DNA of 64,000 bases from contig CBDEFO010000008.1 of the NCBI GenBank assembly GCA_965237525.1, positions 1,504,001 to 1,568,000 on the forward strand, read 5' to 3'. A program made the translations under genes and the position numbers. Positions 10,504 to 21,328 of the stretch are shown here, one piece after another; the first letter of the stretch is position 1, and each line of letters starts with the position of its first letter. The stretch comes from Candidatus Latescibacterota bacterium. GTDB lineage: Bacteria > Latescibacterota > CBDEFO01. The notes under the pieces are model-generated. The model saw only the letters and a program-made list of their open reading frames with translations. It did not search any database and had not been told where the DNA came from.

Positions 10504-11925
10504 ATGGTAGAGCAAACAGTCACGGAAGGGACGAAGGACGTTGGTGTTTCCAGCGAATATAAGTACGGGTTTCACGACCCGGATAAATCTGTGTTCAAGG
10601 CCGAAAAGGGACTCAGTAGAGAGCTCGTATGTCAGATCTCCGAGATGAAGAGCGAGCCTGACTGGATGCGGGACTATCGGCTTCAGGCTCTGGACATCTT
10701 CTATCAGAAGCCTATGCCCAACTGGGGCGGCCATCTGGGCGATCTGGACTTCGATAACATCTACTACTACGTCAAGCCATCAGATGGAGTGGAGCGTTCG
10801 TGGGACGATGTTCCGGACGACATCAAAAAGACCTTTGACCGTCTTGGCATCCCTGAGGCGGAAAAGAAGTTTTTGGCCGGAGTCGGCGCTCAGTACGACT
10901 CTGAGGTGGTCTATCACAGCCTGAAGGAAGATCTGGAGAAACAGGGCGTTATCTTCGCGGATACTGACACGGCGGTCAGGGAGTACCCCGATCTTGTGAA
11001 GGAGTATTTCGGAACGATTATTCCGTCTTCAGACAATAAGTTTGCCGCACTGAACACCGCTGTCTGGAGCGGCGGAAGTTTTATCTATGTCCCGCCTGGT
11101 ATAACCGTAGACGTTCCGCTTCAGGCGTATTTCAGGATCAATACTGAGAATATGGGACAGTTCGAACGCACGCTAATCATAGTGGATGAGGGGAGCCAGG
11201 TCCATTACGTGGAGGGCTGCACAGCTCCTACCTACTCCAGCGAGTCTCTGCACAGCGCGGTCGTTGAGATCGTCTGCAAGCCCAACTCTCGCGTAAGATA
11301 CACCACGATACAGAACTGGGCTAACAACGTCTATAATCTGGTGACAAAGCGGGCTGTGGCGTACGAGGACTCCCTTATGGAGTGGGTGGACGGCAATTTG
11401 GGCAGCAAGCTGACGATGAAATATCCCAGCGTCTATATGCTCGGCAAAGGGGCAAGGGGCGAGATTTTGTCCATCGCCTTTGCCGGAAATGGTCAGCATC
11501 AGGACGCGGGGGGAAAGGTTGTTCACGGCGCTCCTTATACCTCATCCAGGATCACGTCTAAGTCCATAAGCAAAGACGGCGGGCGCGCAAGCTACAGGGG
11601 CCTTTTGAAGGTGGCCGATGGGGCTTATGGTTCCAAGTCGAACGTGGTCTGCGACGCCCTGCTATTGGATGAGGAGTCCCGTTCGGATACCTATCCTGTC
11701 ATCGAGATAGATGAAAACGACGTTTCGATCGGACACGAGGCTACGGTCAGCAAGATCGGAGATGAGCAGTTGTTCTACCTTATGAGCAGAGGTCTGAGCG
11801 AAGCGGAGGCCGCCACGATGATCGTCAGCGGCTTCATAGAGCCCCTGGTCAAAGAACTTCCAATGGAGTACGCGGTCGAGATGAACAGACTGATCGAACT
11901 CCAGATGGAGGGCTCTATCGGATAA
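10504..11925 (+). CDS. sufB: Fe-S cluster assembly protein SufB
   Basis: [43 protein letters not shown]. Confidence 0.97.
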   Translation: MVEQTVTEGTKDVGVSSEYKYGFHDPDKSVFKAEKGLSRELVCQISEMKSEPDWMRDYRLQALDIFYQKPMPNWGGHLGDLDFDNIYYYVKPSDGVERSWDDVPDDIKKTFDRLGIPEAEKKFLAGVGAQYDSEVVYHSLKEDLEKQGVIFADTDTAVREYPDLVKEYFGTIIPSSDNKFAALNTAVWSGGSFIYVPPGITVDVPLQAYFRINTENMGQFERTLIIVDEGSQVHYVEGCTAPTYSSESLHSAVVEIVCKPNSRVRYTTIQNWANNVYNLVTKRAVAYEDSLMEWVDGNLGSKLTMKYPSVYMLGKGARGEILSIAFAGNGQHQDAGGKVVHGAPYTSSRITSKSISKDGGRASYRGLLKVADGAYGSKSNVVCDALLLDEESRSDTYPVIEIDENDVSIGHEATVSKIGDEQLFYLMSRGLSEAEAATMIVSGFIEPLVKELPMEYAVEMNRLIELQMEGSIG

Positions 11926-11940
11926 CGAAGAAAGTAGACA

Positions 11941-12009
11941 GTAGGGGCAGGGTTACCCTGCCCCTACATAGAGTGAGTAAATTGGGCGAACACATGGGTT
12001 CGCCCCTAC
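11941..12009. repeat. GTAG-type REP-like palindromes
   Basis: GTAGGGGCAGGGTTACCCTGCCCCTAC followed by GGGCGAAC...GTTCGCCCCTAC. Confidence 0.65.
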
Positions 12010-12034
12010 TTGGCGATGGAGGAAAGGCAATAGA

Positions 12035-13366
12035 GTGAGTCCACCGGAATCAGTTGTAGAGCGTAAAGACGATTTTTTGCAAGCAGTTGAAGCTCTTTTG
12101 AGCCGCAAAGATGAACCTGAATGGGTCAGAAGTAAGCGCTGGGAGTCCTGGGAGATATTTGAGAGTCTCCCTATGCCCAGCAGCAATGAAGAGGAATGGC
12201 GGCGCTCAGACCTAAGAGCTTTGAAATTGCAACAATTTTCGGCGCTGGCGAAGGATACAAAGAGTCATCTCCCGGAATCCTTGAAGACTGATAGCGATAA
12301 GAACGGGAAAATTGGCGGTATCTTAGTTCAGAACGATGGATTTCCCCATTACCGCGACATAAAGGATGATCTGGCGCATCGGGGAGTCATCTTAACCGAT
12401 CTACAGACAGCGGCAAAAGAGCGCCCAGATCTGGTTGAGCCTCACTTTATGACAGATGGCGTGACGCCGGGGTACAATAAGTTCACGGCTCTTCACGGGG
12501 CGCTGTGGACAGGCGGCGTCTTTCTATATGTCCCCAAGGGAGTAGAGGTAGAACTGCCTTTAAAGTTCTTGGTGGGTCTGACAGAACCGGGGCAGGCAGA
12601 TTTCTCTCACACGCTTATTATAGCCGATGAGGGCAGCCAGGTTACCTTAACTCAGGAGGACATCTCGACCAAGGGAGATGCCCCGGGGCTGCATATCGGC
12701 GCGCTCGAAATATTCGTCAAACCCGGAGCAGATGTAAATTACCTGAAAGTACAAAATTGGAATCAGAAGGTCTGGAACTTCTCACACGAAAGAGCTATAG
12801 TCTCCAGAGATGCTAACTTACGATGGGTCAGCGGGGCGTTCGGGAGCCGCTTTTCCAAGCTCAATCAGGAGGTTACGCTCGATGGATCCGGCAGCCATGC
12901 TGAGATGTTAGGTGTGCTCTTTTCAAATAGACGTCAGCACATAGACTTCCACACCGGACAGCAGCATAAGGCTCCTCACACCACAAGTGACCTCCTCTAC
13001 AAGGGAGCCCTCAAAGATAGATCCCGCTCTGTGTGGCGGGGTATGATAAGGGTCCATCCGCACGCTCAAAGGACGGACGCCTATCAAGTCAACAACAATC
13101 TAATTTTAAGCAAGGACGCCCGCGCAGATTCCATACCGGGTCTTGAGATAGAGGCGGACGACGTCCGCTGCACACACGGAGCGACCATAGGCCAGCTAGA
13201 TGAAGAACAGTTCTTCTATCTTATGAGCCGGGGGATCCCTCATAAAGCTGCCGAGCGCATGATAATAGAGGGATTCTTCGAGCAGGTCTTCGAGCGCATC
13301 CCCGTCGAAAGTGTAAAGGAAGATCTCAGGACGGCAGTTGAGCGAAAACTGCTCGGCATAATATAG
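12035..13366 (+). CDS. sufD: Fe-S cluster assembly protein SufD
   Basis: EEWRRSD, PGLEIEADDVRCTHGATIG, FYLMSRGI. Confidence 0.95.
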   Translation: MSPPESVVERKDDFLQAVEALLSRKDEPEWVRSKRWESWEIFESLPMPSSNEEEWRRSDLRALKLQQFSALAKDTKSHLPESLKTDSDKNGKIGGILVQNDGFPHYRDIKDDLAHRGVILTDLQTAAKERPDLVEPHFMTDGVTPGYNKFTALHGALWTGGVFLYVPKGVEVELPLKFLVGLTEPGQADFSHTLIIADEGSQVTLTQEDISTKGDAPGLHIGALEIFVKPGADVNYLKVQNWNQKVWNFSHERAIVSRDANLRWVSGAFGSRFSKLNQEVTLDGSGSHAEMLGVLFSNRRQHIDFHTGQQHKAPHTTSDLLYKGALKDRSRSVWRGMIRVHPHAQRTDAYQVNNNLILSKDARADSIPGLEIEADDVRCTHGATIGQLDEEQFFYLMSRGIPHKAAERMIIEGFFEQVFERIPVESVKEDLRTAVERKLLGII

Positions 13367-13438
13367 ATTCGTAGATAGAAATTCGATTCAGGCGTTAATC
13401 CGAACAAGTGTGAGCTTAATCAAAAGGAGAGGGAATAT

Positions 13439-14281
13439 ATGGCAGAATATGCACATCCTGAAGTGCTAGTTTCCACTGACTGGGTTGCAGAACACTTGGA
13501 TGATTCCAATGTCAGGATCGTAGAATCCGACGAGGATGTCTTGCTTTACGACATCGGACACGTCCCGGGATCTGTCAAGGTGGACTGGCACACAGAACTC
13601 AATGACCCTGTTGTGCGCGACTACGTGGATAAGGGGGGCTTTGAAGAGCTGATGTCCAAAAAGGGCATATCCAACAATACATCAGTTGTGTTCTACGGCG
13701 ATAGGAACAACTGGTGGGCGTGCTACGCTTTCTGGGTCTTCAAGCTCTTCGGGCACGAAAAATGTCTCGTTATGAACGGAGGCCGTCAGAAGTGGATAGA
13801 TGAGGAAAGGGAGCTGACAAGGGATGTTCCGAGTTATCCTGCTACAAGCTATACACCTAAAGACCCCGACTACAGCATCCGAGCCTTCCGGGAGGAGGTG
13901 CTGGGATACACCGCGAACAATCCGCTGGTGGATGTCCGCTCTCCCAAGGAGTACACCGGGGAGCTAATCCACATGGAGGATTATCCGCAGGAGGGAGCTT
14001 TAAGGGGAGGTCATATCCCAGGTGCTGCGAATGTCCCCTGGGCAAGAGCCGCAAACGAGGATCAGACCTTCAAATCCGCCGATGAACTCCTGGCGATATA
14101 CCGGGATGAGAACAACGTCAAGTCCGATGACGATGTCATCGTTTACTGCCGAATCGGTGAAAGGTCGTCCCATACGTGGTTCGTGCTGACTTACCTTTTG
14201 GGGTATCCCAGCGTGCGAAACTACGACGGATCGTGGACAGAATGGGGCAACCTTGTGAAGGTCCCTATCGAAAAGCCGTAA
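13439..14281 (+). CDS. Two-domain sulfurtransferase (rhodanese, CysA/SseA type)
   Basis: LVSTDWV, GHIPGA, active site [19 protein letters not shown]. Confidence 0.95.
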   Translation: MAEYAHPEVLVSTDWVAEHLDDSNVRIVESDEDVLLYDIGHVPGSVKVDWHTELNDPVVRDYVDKGGFEELMSKKGISNNTSVVFYGDRNNWWACYAFWVFKLFGHEKCLVMNGGRQKWIDEERELTRDVPSYPATSYTPKDPDYSIRAFREEVLGYTANNPLVDVRSPKEYTGELIHMEDYPQEGALRGGHIPGAANVPWARAANEDQTFKSADELLAIYRDENNVKSDDDVIVYCRIGERSSHTWFVLTYLLGYPSVRNYDGSWTEWGNLVKVPIEKP

Positions 14282-14403
14282 TCGAGTTAGAAGGGATTCA
14301 AAGGATTGGGATTTCTGATCTTGCAGATAGATGTATTTCAAACTTGGGGAACTGTTGTCCTATTTTTGAAACATACCTCCCTCGAAATAAAAGGTCAAAG
14401 TAA

Positions 14404-14850
14404 TTGGATCAGGCGGAACGGGAAGAGCGTATCGAATTTATCATGGATCACTACGAGGATCCGAGAAATTATGGTAGGCTGGAAGACGCAGATGCAATAC
14501 AAAAGGGCGGTAATCCCGGCTGTGCGGATATTATCGTTATCTATCTGAAGGTCGGAGAGGATGGTCTAATAGAGGCAATCAGATTCGAAGGCGAAGGATG
14601 CACCTTAAGTATGGCTGCGGCTTCTATAGTAATGGAGATGGTCGAAGGCAAAACGCTGGATGAGATCAAGGCGCTGCCTCACGATACAATAATAGACATT
14701 TTAGGCCGTGAGATAGCCCTGACGCGGCCCCGCTGTTCGACGTTGGGCTTAAATACCGTAAGGCTGGCGATTGAAAAGTATCGTCAAGATCAAATGTTAA
14801 AGGAGATCGAAGCTCACAGGAGCCTATCAGAAGACTCAAAGGGCGATTAA
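14404..14850 (+). CDS. IscU/SufU-like protein, copy 1
   Basis: DHYEDPRNYG, NPGCAD, GCTLSMAAAS, RPRC; TTG start. Confidence 0.85.
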   Translation: MDQAEREERIEFIMDHYEDPRNYGRLEDADAIQKGGNPGCADIIVIYLKVGEDGLIEAIRFEGEGCTLSMAAASIVMEMVEGKTLDEIKALPHDTIIDILGREIALTRPRCSTLGLNTVRLAIEKYRQDQMLKEIEAHRSLSEDSKGD

Positions 14851-14865
14851 ACCTCTTGCATAAAA

Positions 14866-15177
14866 ATGAGTGACTTTGTCAAGATAGCTGAGGTGGGAGA
14901 ACTTTCTCCCGGTGAGAAGAAATTAGTGGAGGTGGAGGGACTGGCGATAGCTCTTTTTAACGTGGACGGTGAGTATTACGCAATAGATGATGTGTGTACG
15001 CACGACGGCGGTCCCCTGGCTGAGGGAGAGCTGGACGGCGAAGAGATAGAATGTCCCAGACACGGCGCCAGGTTTAACGTAAAGACAGGAGAAGCACTCT
15101 GCATGCCGGCGTTTGAGTCTGTGGAGACATACGAGGTTGTGGTCGAAGGATCGGATGTAAAGATCTCTATCGAATAA
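14866..15177 (+). CDS. Rieske [2Fe-2S] ferredoxin
   Basis: CTH...CPRHGARF. Confidence 0.95.
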   Translation: MSDFVKIAEVGELSPGEKKLVEVEGLAIALFNVDGEYYAIDDVCTHDGGPLAEGELDGEEIECPRHGARFNVKTGEALCMPAFESVETYEVVVEGSDVKISIE

Positions 15178-15198
15178 TTTCCCGCAAAGGACGAACAA

Positions 15199-15498
15199 AT
15201 GGTCACAGAGGATAAAATCAAAGAGATGCTCAAGGGAGTAAAGGACCCTGAAGTCGGATTGAACATAGTGGATATGGGTCTTATCTATAATGTAGACATC
15301 AGTGGGTCTAAGGTGGACATCGAAATGACCCTGACGAGCCCAGCATGTCCGGCGGGTCCTCAGATACTGTCGGAGATCGATATGTCCTTGAAGGAGTTAG
15401 AGGACATAGACGACGTAAATATAAATGTCGTCTGGTCTCCGCCCTGGGATCCCTCCAGGATGAGCGAAGACGGCAAGGACGAATTAGGCATCTTTTAA
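15199..15498 (+). CDS. sufT: DUF59/SufT (MIP18 family) Fe-S maturation protein
   Basis: DPEV..NIVDMGLIY, MTLTSPACP, VWSPPW. Confidence 0.9.
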   Translation: MVTEDKIKEMLKGVKDPEVGLNIVDMGLIYNVDISGSKVDIEMTLTSPACPAGPQILSEIDMSLKELEDIDDVNINVVWSPPWDPSRMSEDGKDELGIF

Positions 15499-15670
15499 AT
15501 AAGGCGAAGGTTAGCGACCCCCCTTATTAAGGGGGGATACAGGCATCTTACGCAAAAATCCTGCCGGGTTGTCTTTGGGGTGACACGAAGACACTAACTT
15601 TGTGAGCCTTTGTGACTTGGTGGCTGAAGATCCTTAGCCTATCTTGCGAATTTGAGGTCGAGGCTGACCC

Positions 15671-16897
15671 ATGGATATAGAGAAAGTCAGAGAGGATATT
15701 CCCATCCTCAAGCGAAAGGTCTACGGGAAACCGCTGGTCTATCTTGACAGCGCGGCTACCTCTCAGAAACCGCGGTGCGTAATAGACGCTCTTAAAAACT
15801 ATTATGAGATGGAGAACGCCAACGTCCACAGAGGGATACACGCTCTCAGCGAAATAGCCACAGAGAAGTACGAAAAAGCGCGGGATAAGGTCGCCATATT
15901 TATAAACGCTAAGGATCGAGAAAGTGTTATCTTTGTGAAGAACGCCACTGAGGCTATCAACCTTGTAGCTCGAAGTTGGGGCGTAAAAAACATCAGAGAA
16001 GGTGACGAGATTCTGCTCACCCAGATGGAGCACCACAGCAATTTGGTCCCATGGCAAATGATAGCGAAACAGACCGGTGCCGAACTGAAATTCATCAGGA
16101 TAAAGCCAGACGGAACGCTGAATTTAGAAGGCATCGAGATCTTGATTACCCCATGTACCAAGATAGTGGGGTTGACGCAGGTGTCCAATGTCCTGGGAAC
16201 GATCAATCCGGTGGAGGAGATCACAGAGATTGCCCATCAAAAGGGAGCCGTAGTGTTAATAGACGGAGCGCAGAGTGTGCCTCATATGCCCGTCGATGTC
16301 CAGAGGATAGATTGCGATTTTATGGCCTTTTCAGGACACAAGATGATGGGACCCACAGGCGTCGGGGTACTCTACGGGAAGAGGGAGCTTTTAGAGGAGA
16401 TGGACCCGTTTTTAGGCGGTGGAGAGATGATCCGTGAAGTTAGATGGGACTCTTCCACCTGGAACGACCTGCCCTGGAAGTTCGAGGCTGGAACTCCCAA
16501 CATAGCCCAGGCGATCGGTCTGGGCGTAGCTGTTGACTACCTGCAGAGCTTGTGTATGGAAAAGATCAGAGAGCACGAACGCCAACTTCTGGAATATGCT
16601 CTCCAGCAGATAGGCGCTTTAGATGGGGTGGAGATATATGGCCCAAGAGATGAAAGGGGAGGTGTGGTCTCCTTCAATCTGGAGGGCATCCATCCGCACG
16701 ACCTTTCGACTATCCTGGATCAGGAAGGCGTAGCGATAAGGGCAGGACACCACTGTGCTATGCCGCTGATGCGGAGACTGGGAGTAAGCGCGACGGCGCG
16801 GGCAAGCCTCTATATCTATAACAACCAATGGGATGTTGATGTCTTAGTCGAAGGCTTAAAGACAGCAAAGGAGCTTTTAACTCGTGTCCCTGCATGA
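15671..16897 (+). CDS. sufS: Cysteine desulfurase SufS
   Basis: YLDSAATSQKP, SGHKM, RAGHHCA. Confidence 0.97.
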   Translation: MDIEKVREDIPILKRKVYGKPLVYLDSAATSQKPRCVIDALKNYYEMENANVHRGIHALSEIATEKYEKARDKVAIFINAKDRESVIFVKNATEAINLVARSWGVKNIREGDEILLTQMEHHSNLVPWQMIAKQTGAELKFIRIKPDGTLNLEGIEILITPCTKIVGLTQVSNVLGTINPVEEITEIAHQKGAVVLIDGAQSVPHMPVDVQRIDCDFMAFSGHKMMGPTGVGVLYGKRELLEEMDPFLGGGEMIREVRWDSSTWNDLPWKFEAGTPNIAQAIGLGVAVDYLQSLCMEKIREHERQLLEYALQQIGALDGVEIYGPRDERGGVVSFNLEGIHPHDLSTILDQEGVAIRAGHHCAMPLMRRLGVSATARASLYIYNNQWDVDVLVEGLKTAKELLTRVPA

Positions 16898-17315
16898 TCT
16901 TTATCAAGAGACCATCTTGGATCACTACCAGAGTCCGAGCAATAAAGGGGAATTGACAGACCCCGATATTAAAGTGGAGGAGTACAACCCTGTCTGTGGT
17001 GATCAGATTGAGATTTACGTAAAGATTGAGGGCAACGGGATAAAGGCAATCAAGTTCTCCGGTCAAGGATGCGCCATAAGCCAGGCCTCTGCCTCGATGA
17101 TGATGGAGGGAATAGAGGGAAAGAGCCTTAAGGAAGCCCAAGAATTTGTAGAGGATTTCAGAATGATGATGCGGGGCGATAAGCCATTTGAAGATGAAGA
17201 TTTAGGAGACCTCGAGTCTTTAAAGGGAGTCATAAAGTTTCCAATACGTGTCAAGTGCGCTACCTTAGCGTGGAGCGCTCTTGAAAAGGGCATAAAAGAA
17301 TACAAAAAAGGGTAA
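16884..17315 (+). CDS. sufU: SUF system SufU protein
   Basis: NPVCGD, GCAISQASAS, SufU-type insertion, RVKCATL; overlaps sufS. Confidence 0.95.
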   Translation: MSLHDLYQETILDHYQSPSNKGELTDPDIKVEEYNPVCGDQIEIYVKIEGNGIKAIKFSGQGCAISQASASMMMEGIEGKSLKEAQEFVEDFRMMMRGDKPFEDEDLGDLESLKGVIKFPIRVKCATLAWSALEKGIKEYKKG

Positions 17316-17340
17316 GAGCAACAGAAAAGAGGTTAAGAAG

Positions 17341-17664
17341 ATGATAACAGTGACAGATTCAGCAGCCGAGAAGATCAAGAGCATGTTGGAAGAAAAAGGA
17401 CATGCTGAATACGGCTTAAGGATGATGGTAGTGGGAGGAGGGTGCTCAGGATTTCAGTATCGCCTTGAGTATGAAGAGGCTCCCAAAGAGTCCGACAGGG
17501 TAATAGAGTGCAAAGGTGTCAAGGTCTTTGTGGACATGAAGAGTTCGTTATATCTTGCTGGTTCACAGCTGGATTATACCGATGGATTGATGGGGGCAGG
17601 CTTCAAGATAGAAAATCCTAATGCCAAGTCAACCTGCGGCTGTGGCGAATCCTTCAGCGCGTAG
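17341..17664 (+). CDS. A-type Fe-S carrier (IscA/ErpA/HesB)
   Basis: GGGCSGFQY, NPNAKSTCGCGESF. Confidence 0.95.
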   Translation: MITVTDSAAEKIKSMLEEKGHAEYGLRMMVVGGGCSGFQYRLEYEEAPKESDRVIECKGVKVFVDMKSSLYLAGSQLDYTDGLMGAGFKIENPNAKSTCGCGESFSA

Positions 17665-17710
17665 GTTTGAACCTAAAATGGATACCGAAAAATGTTGAGG
17701 AGGGAAGAAG

Positions 17711-17944
17711 ATGACCTACACAATAGCTGAGCCCTGCATCGGCGTGAAAGACACCGCTTGCGTTGATGTGTGTCCTGTTGACTGCATATATGAGGGCGAG
17801 GATCAACTCTATATCCATCCTGACGAGTGCATAGACTGCGGGGCTTGCGAGCCTGAATGCCCGGTAGAGGCGATCTTTGAGGAATCGGAGGTACCTGCCG
17901 AATGGGACTCCTACACACAGAAGAACGCTGATTTCTTCAAGTAA
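17711..17944 (+). CDS. Dicluster ferredoxin (7Fe/8Fe type)
   Basis: [20 protein letters not shown] and [12 protein letters not shown]. Confidence 0.95.
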   Translation: MTYTIAEPCIGVKDTACVDVCPVDCIYEGEDQLYIHPDECIDCGACEPECPVEAIFEESEVPAEWDSYTQKNADFFK

Positions 17945-18174
17945 GCATTCATCCCTAATGGGAACGCCTGATGTGATTTTTGAACTAATAGCCCTCTAAA
18001 GTGTCTAATAGGTATAGATCATCAGGAACTCCAGTTCGCTCAATTTTGTGAAAAATTCTTATTTGAGGGATCATTTACTTATTTGTTGTTGACAGGAGCA
18101 GCATACTTTTGTTATATTTTCGTTTTACGGTAATCTAGTTAAAGGGATAACAAAGCTTTAAGGGAGTTATTTGT

Positions 18175-19929
18175 ATGAACCATCAAGAGATAACGGTCGG
18201 CGTCGGCGGAGCAGCCCAGGACGGTCAGGGCAAGACGGCCGTAAATCTGGCCACAATGTGCTCTCGACTCGGACTTCACGTGTTTACTTATACAAGTTAT
18301 CAGTCCGTGATCATGGGCGGACATATCTGGCTTCGCTGCCGGATCTCCGAAGAGAAGATTAAGAACCATGGTGACCGCCTGGATATTGCGATTGCGCTCA
18401 ATCAGGACTGCGCGGACCGACACGCTGTTGAAGTGGACCCTGGCGGAGCCATTATATTCAACGGAGACAAGATCCAGGTTGATCCTGACAGCTTAAAACC
18501 TGGTGTGCGCGTCTATGCCCTGCCAGTTTCAGAGATAATGGCCCCCTTCGGCAGACAACCCGTCATAATGCAGAACACGATAGCTTTAGGAGCCGCGTTA
18601 TGGCTGGCCCAGTTGGAACTTGAAGGACTTGCCGAGGTAATCAAAGAGACCTTCGCTCACAAGGGGCAGGAGGTTATTGACACCAACATAGCGCTTGCTC
18701 AGGCAGGCTACGACTGGGGCAAACGCCAGGGCCCCTCTATGGATTACGAGTGGAACTACAGTAGAAAGAAACGCATGTTTTTGACGGGGAATGAATCCTT
18801 CAGTCTGGGGGCGTTAGCCGCAGGGTGTAAATTCTACGCGGCCTATCCGATGACCCCTGCGTCTTCCATTTTGGACTTTATGGCAAACCACGCTAAGGAA
18901 TACGGTGTAGTGGTCAAGCAGGCGGAAGATGAGATAGCTGTCATCAACATGGCAGTCGGAGCAGGACACGCGGGTGTCAGAGCTATGGTCGGAACGTCCG
19001 GCGGCGGGTTTTGCCTGATGACGGAGGGTGTGGGCCTTGCCGGGATGACGGAGACACCGATAGTGATAATAGAAGTGCAGCGTGGAGGTCCCTCAACTGG
19101 ACTTCCCACCAAGACCGAACAGGGAGACTTAATCCAAGTCTTAGGAGCTTCCCAGGGAGAATACCCGCATATGATCGTAGCTCCAACAGATATTGTAGAT
19201 TGTTTCCACACCATACCTGAGGCGTTCAACATAGCCGAGAAATACCAGTGTCCGGTTATTGTTGTGTCCGACCTTTACCTTTCGGAGCACTACGAAACGG
19301 CGGAGCCTGAGGCGTTCGATTTTGAGGTTCCCATCGATCGAGGCGAGGTAGTTTCAGATGCGGAAAACGGGGAATATAAGCGTTACCTCTATACCGAGTC
19401 GGGCGTGTCACCAAGGGCACTGCCCGGAGGGGAAGGGACCATCTTTGTAGCGGCCAGCGACGAGCACGACGAAAGAGGAATCTTAATAAGCGACGTTTTC
19501 ACAGATCCGGTCATCCGAAAGCAGATGATGGAAAAAAGAATGCGTAAGATGAACGGAATCTTTGAAGAACTGGAACCGCCGAAGCTTTACGGCCACCCCA
19601 ACGCAGACGTGACTCTGGTGGGATGGGGCTCGACAACTGGCGTAATCAGAGAGGCTATAGAACGACTGGAGGAAGATGGAATCAACGCTAATAACCTCCA
19701 GATCAAATACCTTGTTCCCTTCCACGTAGAGGAAGTAGGCAATATCCTGAACGCCTGCGAGAAGGTCATTGTGGTTGAGAATAACTATAACGGTCAACTT
19801 GCCCGCCACATTCGGGCGGAGACCGGAATTGCTGCGGACGGAAAGATACTAAAATATGACGGTGAACCCTTTGAACCGGTTCATATTGTTGAACAAGTGA
19901 AGGAGGCACTTAATGGCTCAGGTAGTTGA
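18175..19929 (+). CDS. 2-oxoacid:ferredoxin oxidoreductase alpha subunit (gamma-alpha fusion)
   Basis: YPMTPAS, QAEDEIA, QRGGPSTGLPTKTEQGD. Confidence 0.95.
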   Translation: MNHQEITVGVGGAAQDGQGKTAVNLATMCSRLGLHVFTYTSYQSVIMGGHIWLRCRISEEKIKNHGDRLDIAIALNQDCADRHAVEVDPGGAIIFNGDKIQVDPDSLKPGVRVYALPVSEIMAPFGRQPVIMQNTIALGAALWLAQLELEGLAEVIKETFAHKGQEVIDTNIALAQAGYDWGKRQGPSMDYEWNYSRKKRMFLTGNESFSLGALAAGCKFYAAYPMTPASSILDFMANHAKEYGVVVKQAEDEIAVINMAVGAGHAGVRAMVGTSGGGFCLMTEGVGLAGMTETPIVIIEVQRGGPSTGLPTKTEQGDLIQVLGASQGEYPHMIVAPTDIVDCFHTIPEAFNIAEKYQCPVIVVSDLYLSEHYETAEPEAFDFEVPIDRGEVVSDAENGEYKRYLYTESGVSPRALPGGEGTIFVAASDEHDERGILISDVFTDPVIRKQMMEKRMRKMNGIFEELEPPKLYGHPNADVTLVGWGSTTGVIREAIERLEEDGINANNLQIKYLVPFHVEEVGNILNACEKVIVVENNYNGQLARHIRAETGIAADGKILKYDGEPFEPVHIVEQVKEALNGSGS

Positions 19930-20797
19930 AGAACTTCCCTGGAGTACTTATAAAGGCGAGGTAGATCCAGATTGGTGTGCCGGTTGTGGCGATTTCGGAG
20001 TCTTAAGAGCGCTTCAAAATGCGATAGGAAAACTAGGAATCCAGCCTAAGGATGTTCTTATTGTCTCCGGCATCGGATGTTCGTCGAACCTCCCGGGATT
20101 TATTAACTGTTATGGATTTCATAGCCTCCACGGAAGATCCGTCCCGGTGGCGACAGGCGCCAAATTGGCAAACCAAGATTTGACAGTGATCGTAACCGGC
20201 GGCGACGGCGACGGCTACGGCATCGGCATGGGACACTTCATCCACGCTATGAGGAGAAATCTGGATATTACCTATGTAGTTATGAATAACCAGGTATATG
20301 GCCTTACCACAGGTCAGGCCTCCCCTACCAGTGATAAGGATTTCGTAACTAAATCCACGCCGGAGGGGAATTCAGAAGTTCCCGTAAACCCGCTGGCCTT
20401 AGCCCTTATCTCAGGAGCGACCTTTGTGTCCAGAGGATTCTCAGGGGAGGCAAAGCAATTAGCCCAAATAATGCAACAGGCAATCCAGCATAAGGGTTTT
20501 TCTCTTATCGATGTCTTCAGTCCCTGCGTCACATACAATAAGGTCAACACCTATCCCTGGTTCAAAGAGCGCGTCTACAAGCTTGAGGATGAGTCCGATG
20601 ACGATCCGGATGACTTTGACCGGGCACTTGTGAAATGCCGAGAATGGGGTCATCAGATCCCCCTTGGAGTCTTTTACAAGACAGACCTGCCCACTTACGA
20701 AGACGCAGAGTCCGCTTTAGAAGAGGGTCCTTTAGTCAAACAGAAGTTGGGGTTAGATAAAGAACAGGTGCAGAAACTCATGAGTGAATTTATGTAA
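19913..20797 (+). CDS. 2-oxoacid:ferredoxin oxidoreductase beta subunit
   Basis: WCAGCGD, SGIGCSS, GGDGDG TPP motif, SPCVTYN. Confidence 0.95.
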   Translation: MAQVVEELPWSTYKGEVDPDWCAGCGDFGVLRALQNAIGKLGIQPKDVLIVSGIGCSSNLPGFINCYGFHSLHGRSVPVATGAKLANQDLTVIVTGGDGDGYGIGMGHFIHAMRRNLDITYVVMNNQVYGLTTGQASPTSDKDFVTKSTPEGNSEVPVNPLALALISGATFVSRGFSGEAKQLAQIMQQAIQHKGFSLIDVFSPCVTYNKVNTYPWFKERVYKLEDESDDDPDDFDRALVKCREWGHQIPLGVFYKTDLPTYEDAESALEEGPLVKQKLGLDKEQVQKLMSEFM

Positions 20798-20864
20798 ATG
20801 CATGCTGTCGGTTTTATAGATGACTGATAGTGCTTTTTAAGATCCACCCATAATAAATAAGGAG

Positions 20865-21209
20865 ATGGTGATGAGCAGTCCGAATATTGTAGCATACTTA
20901 AAGCCCGACTGCGGGTGGAGTAGAGGTGTACGCGCTGTATTCCAAAAATATGGACTGGAGTTCGAAGACAGAGATGTTGTAAACAATTTGAGCAACTACG
21001 AGGAAATGGTCCGAAAGACCGGGCAGAATCTTCAACCGTGCGTGGCGATAGATGAGAATATACTGGCAGACGTAAGTGGAGATGAAGTGGAGCAGTATCT
21101 TTTGGAAAAAGGCTATGTCAAACCGTCAAGTGCGGCAACTGATGTGCCTACCGATCGCGCATGTGATGATCACTCTCAGCCGATATCGATCGGAGAGATC
21201 GAAAAGTAG
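20865..21209 (+). CDS. Monothiol glutaredoxin-like protein
   Basis: YLKPDCGWS, KTGQNLQPCV. Confidence 0.75.
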   Translation: MVMSSPNIVAYLKPDCGWSRGVRAVFQKYGLEFEDRDVVNNLSNYEEMVRKTGQNLQPCVAIDENILADVSGDEVEQYLLEKGYVKPSSAATDVPTDRACDDHSQPISIGEIEK

Positions 21210-21299
21210 TCTAAATTCGATCCGCGATCCCCGACCTCCGATCCCCGATGGATTCAATCGGGGACTGTTGGGGTTCAAGCGGGTATGTGTCTTAAGTGG

Positions 21300-21328
21300 A
21301 GACCCTCTTTAGAGAGGGTCTTTTTTTT
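21300..21328 (+). terminator. Rho-independent terminator
   Basis: AGACCCTCT-TTAG-AGAGGGTCT followed by a T run. Confidence 0.85.
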
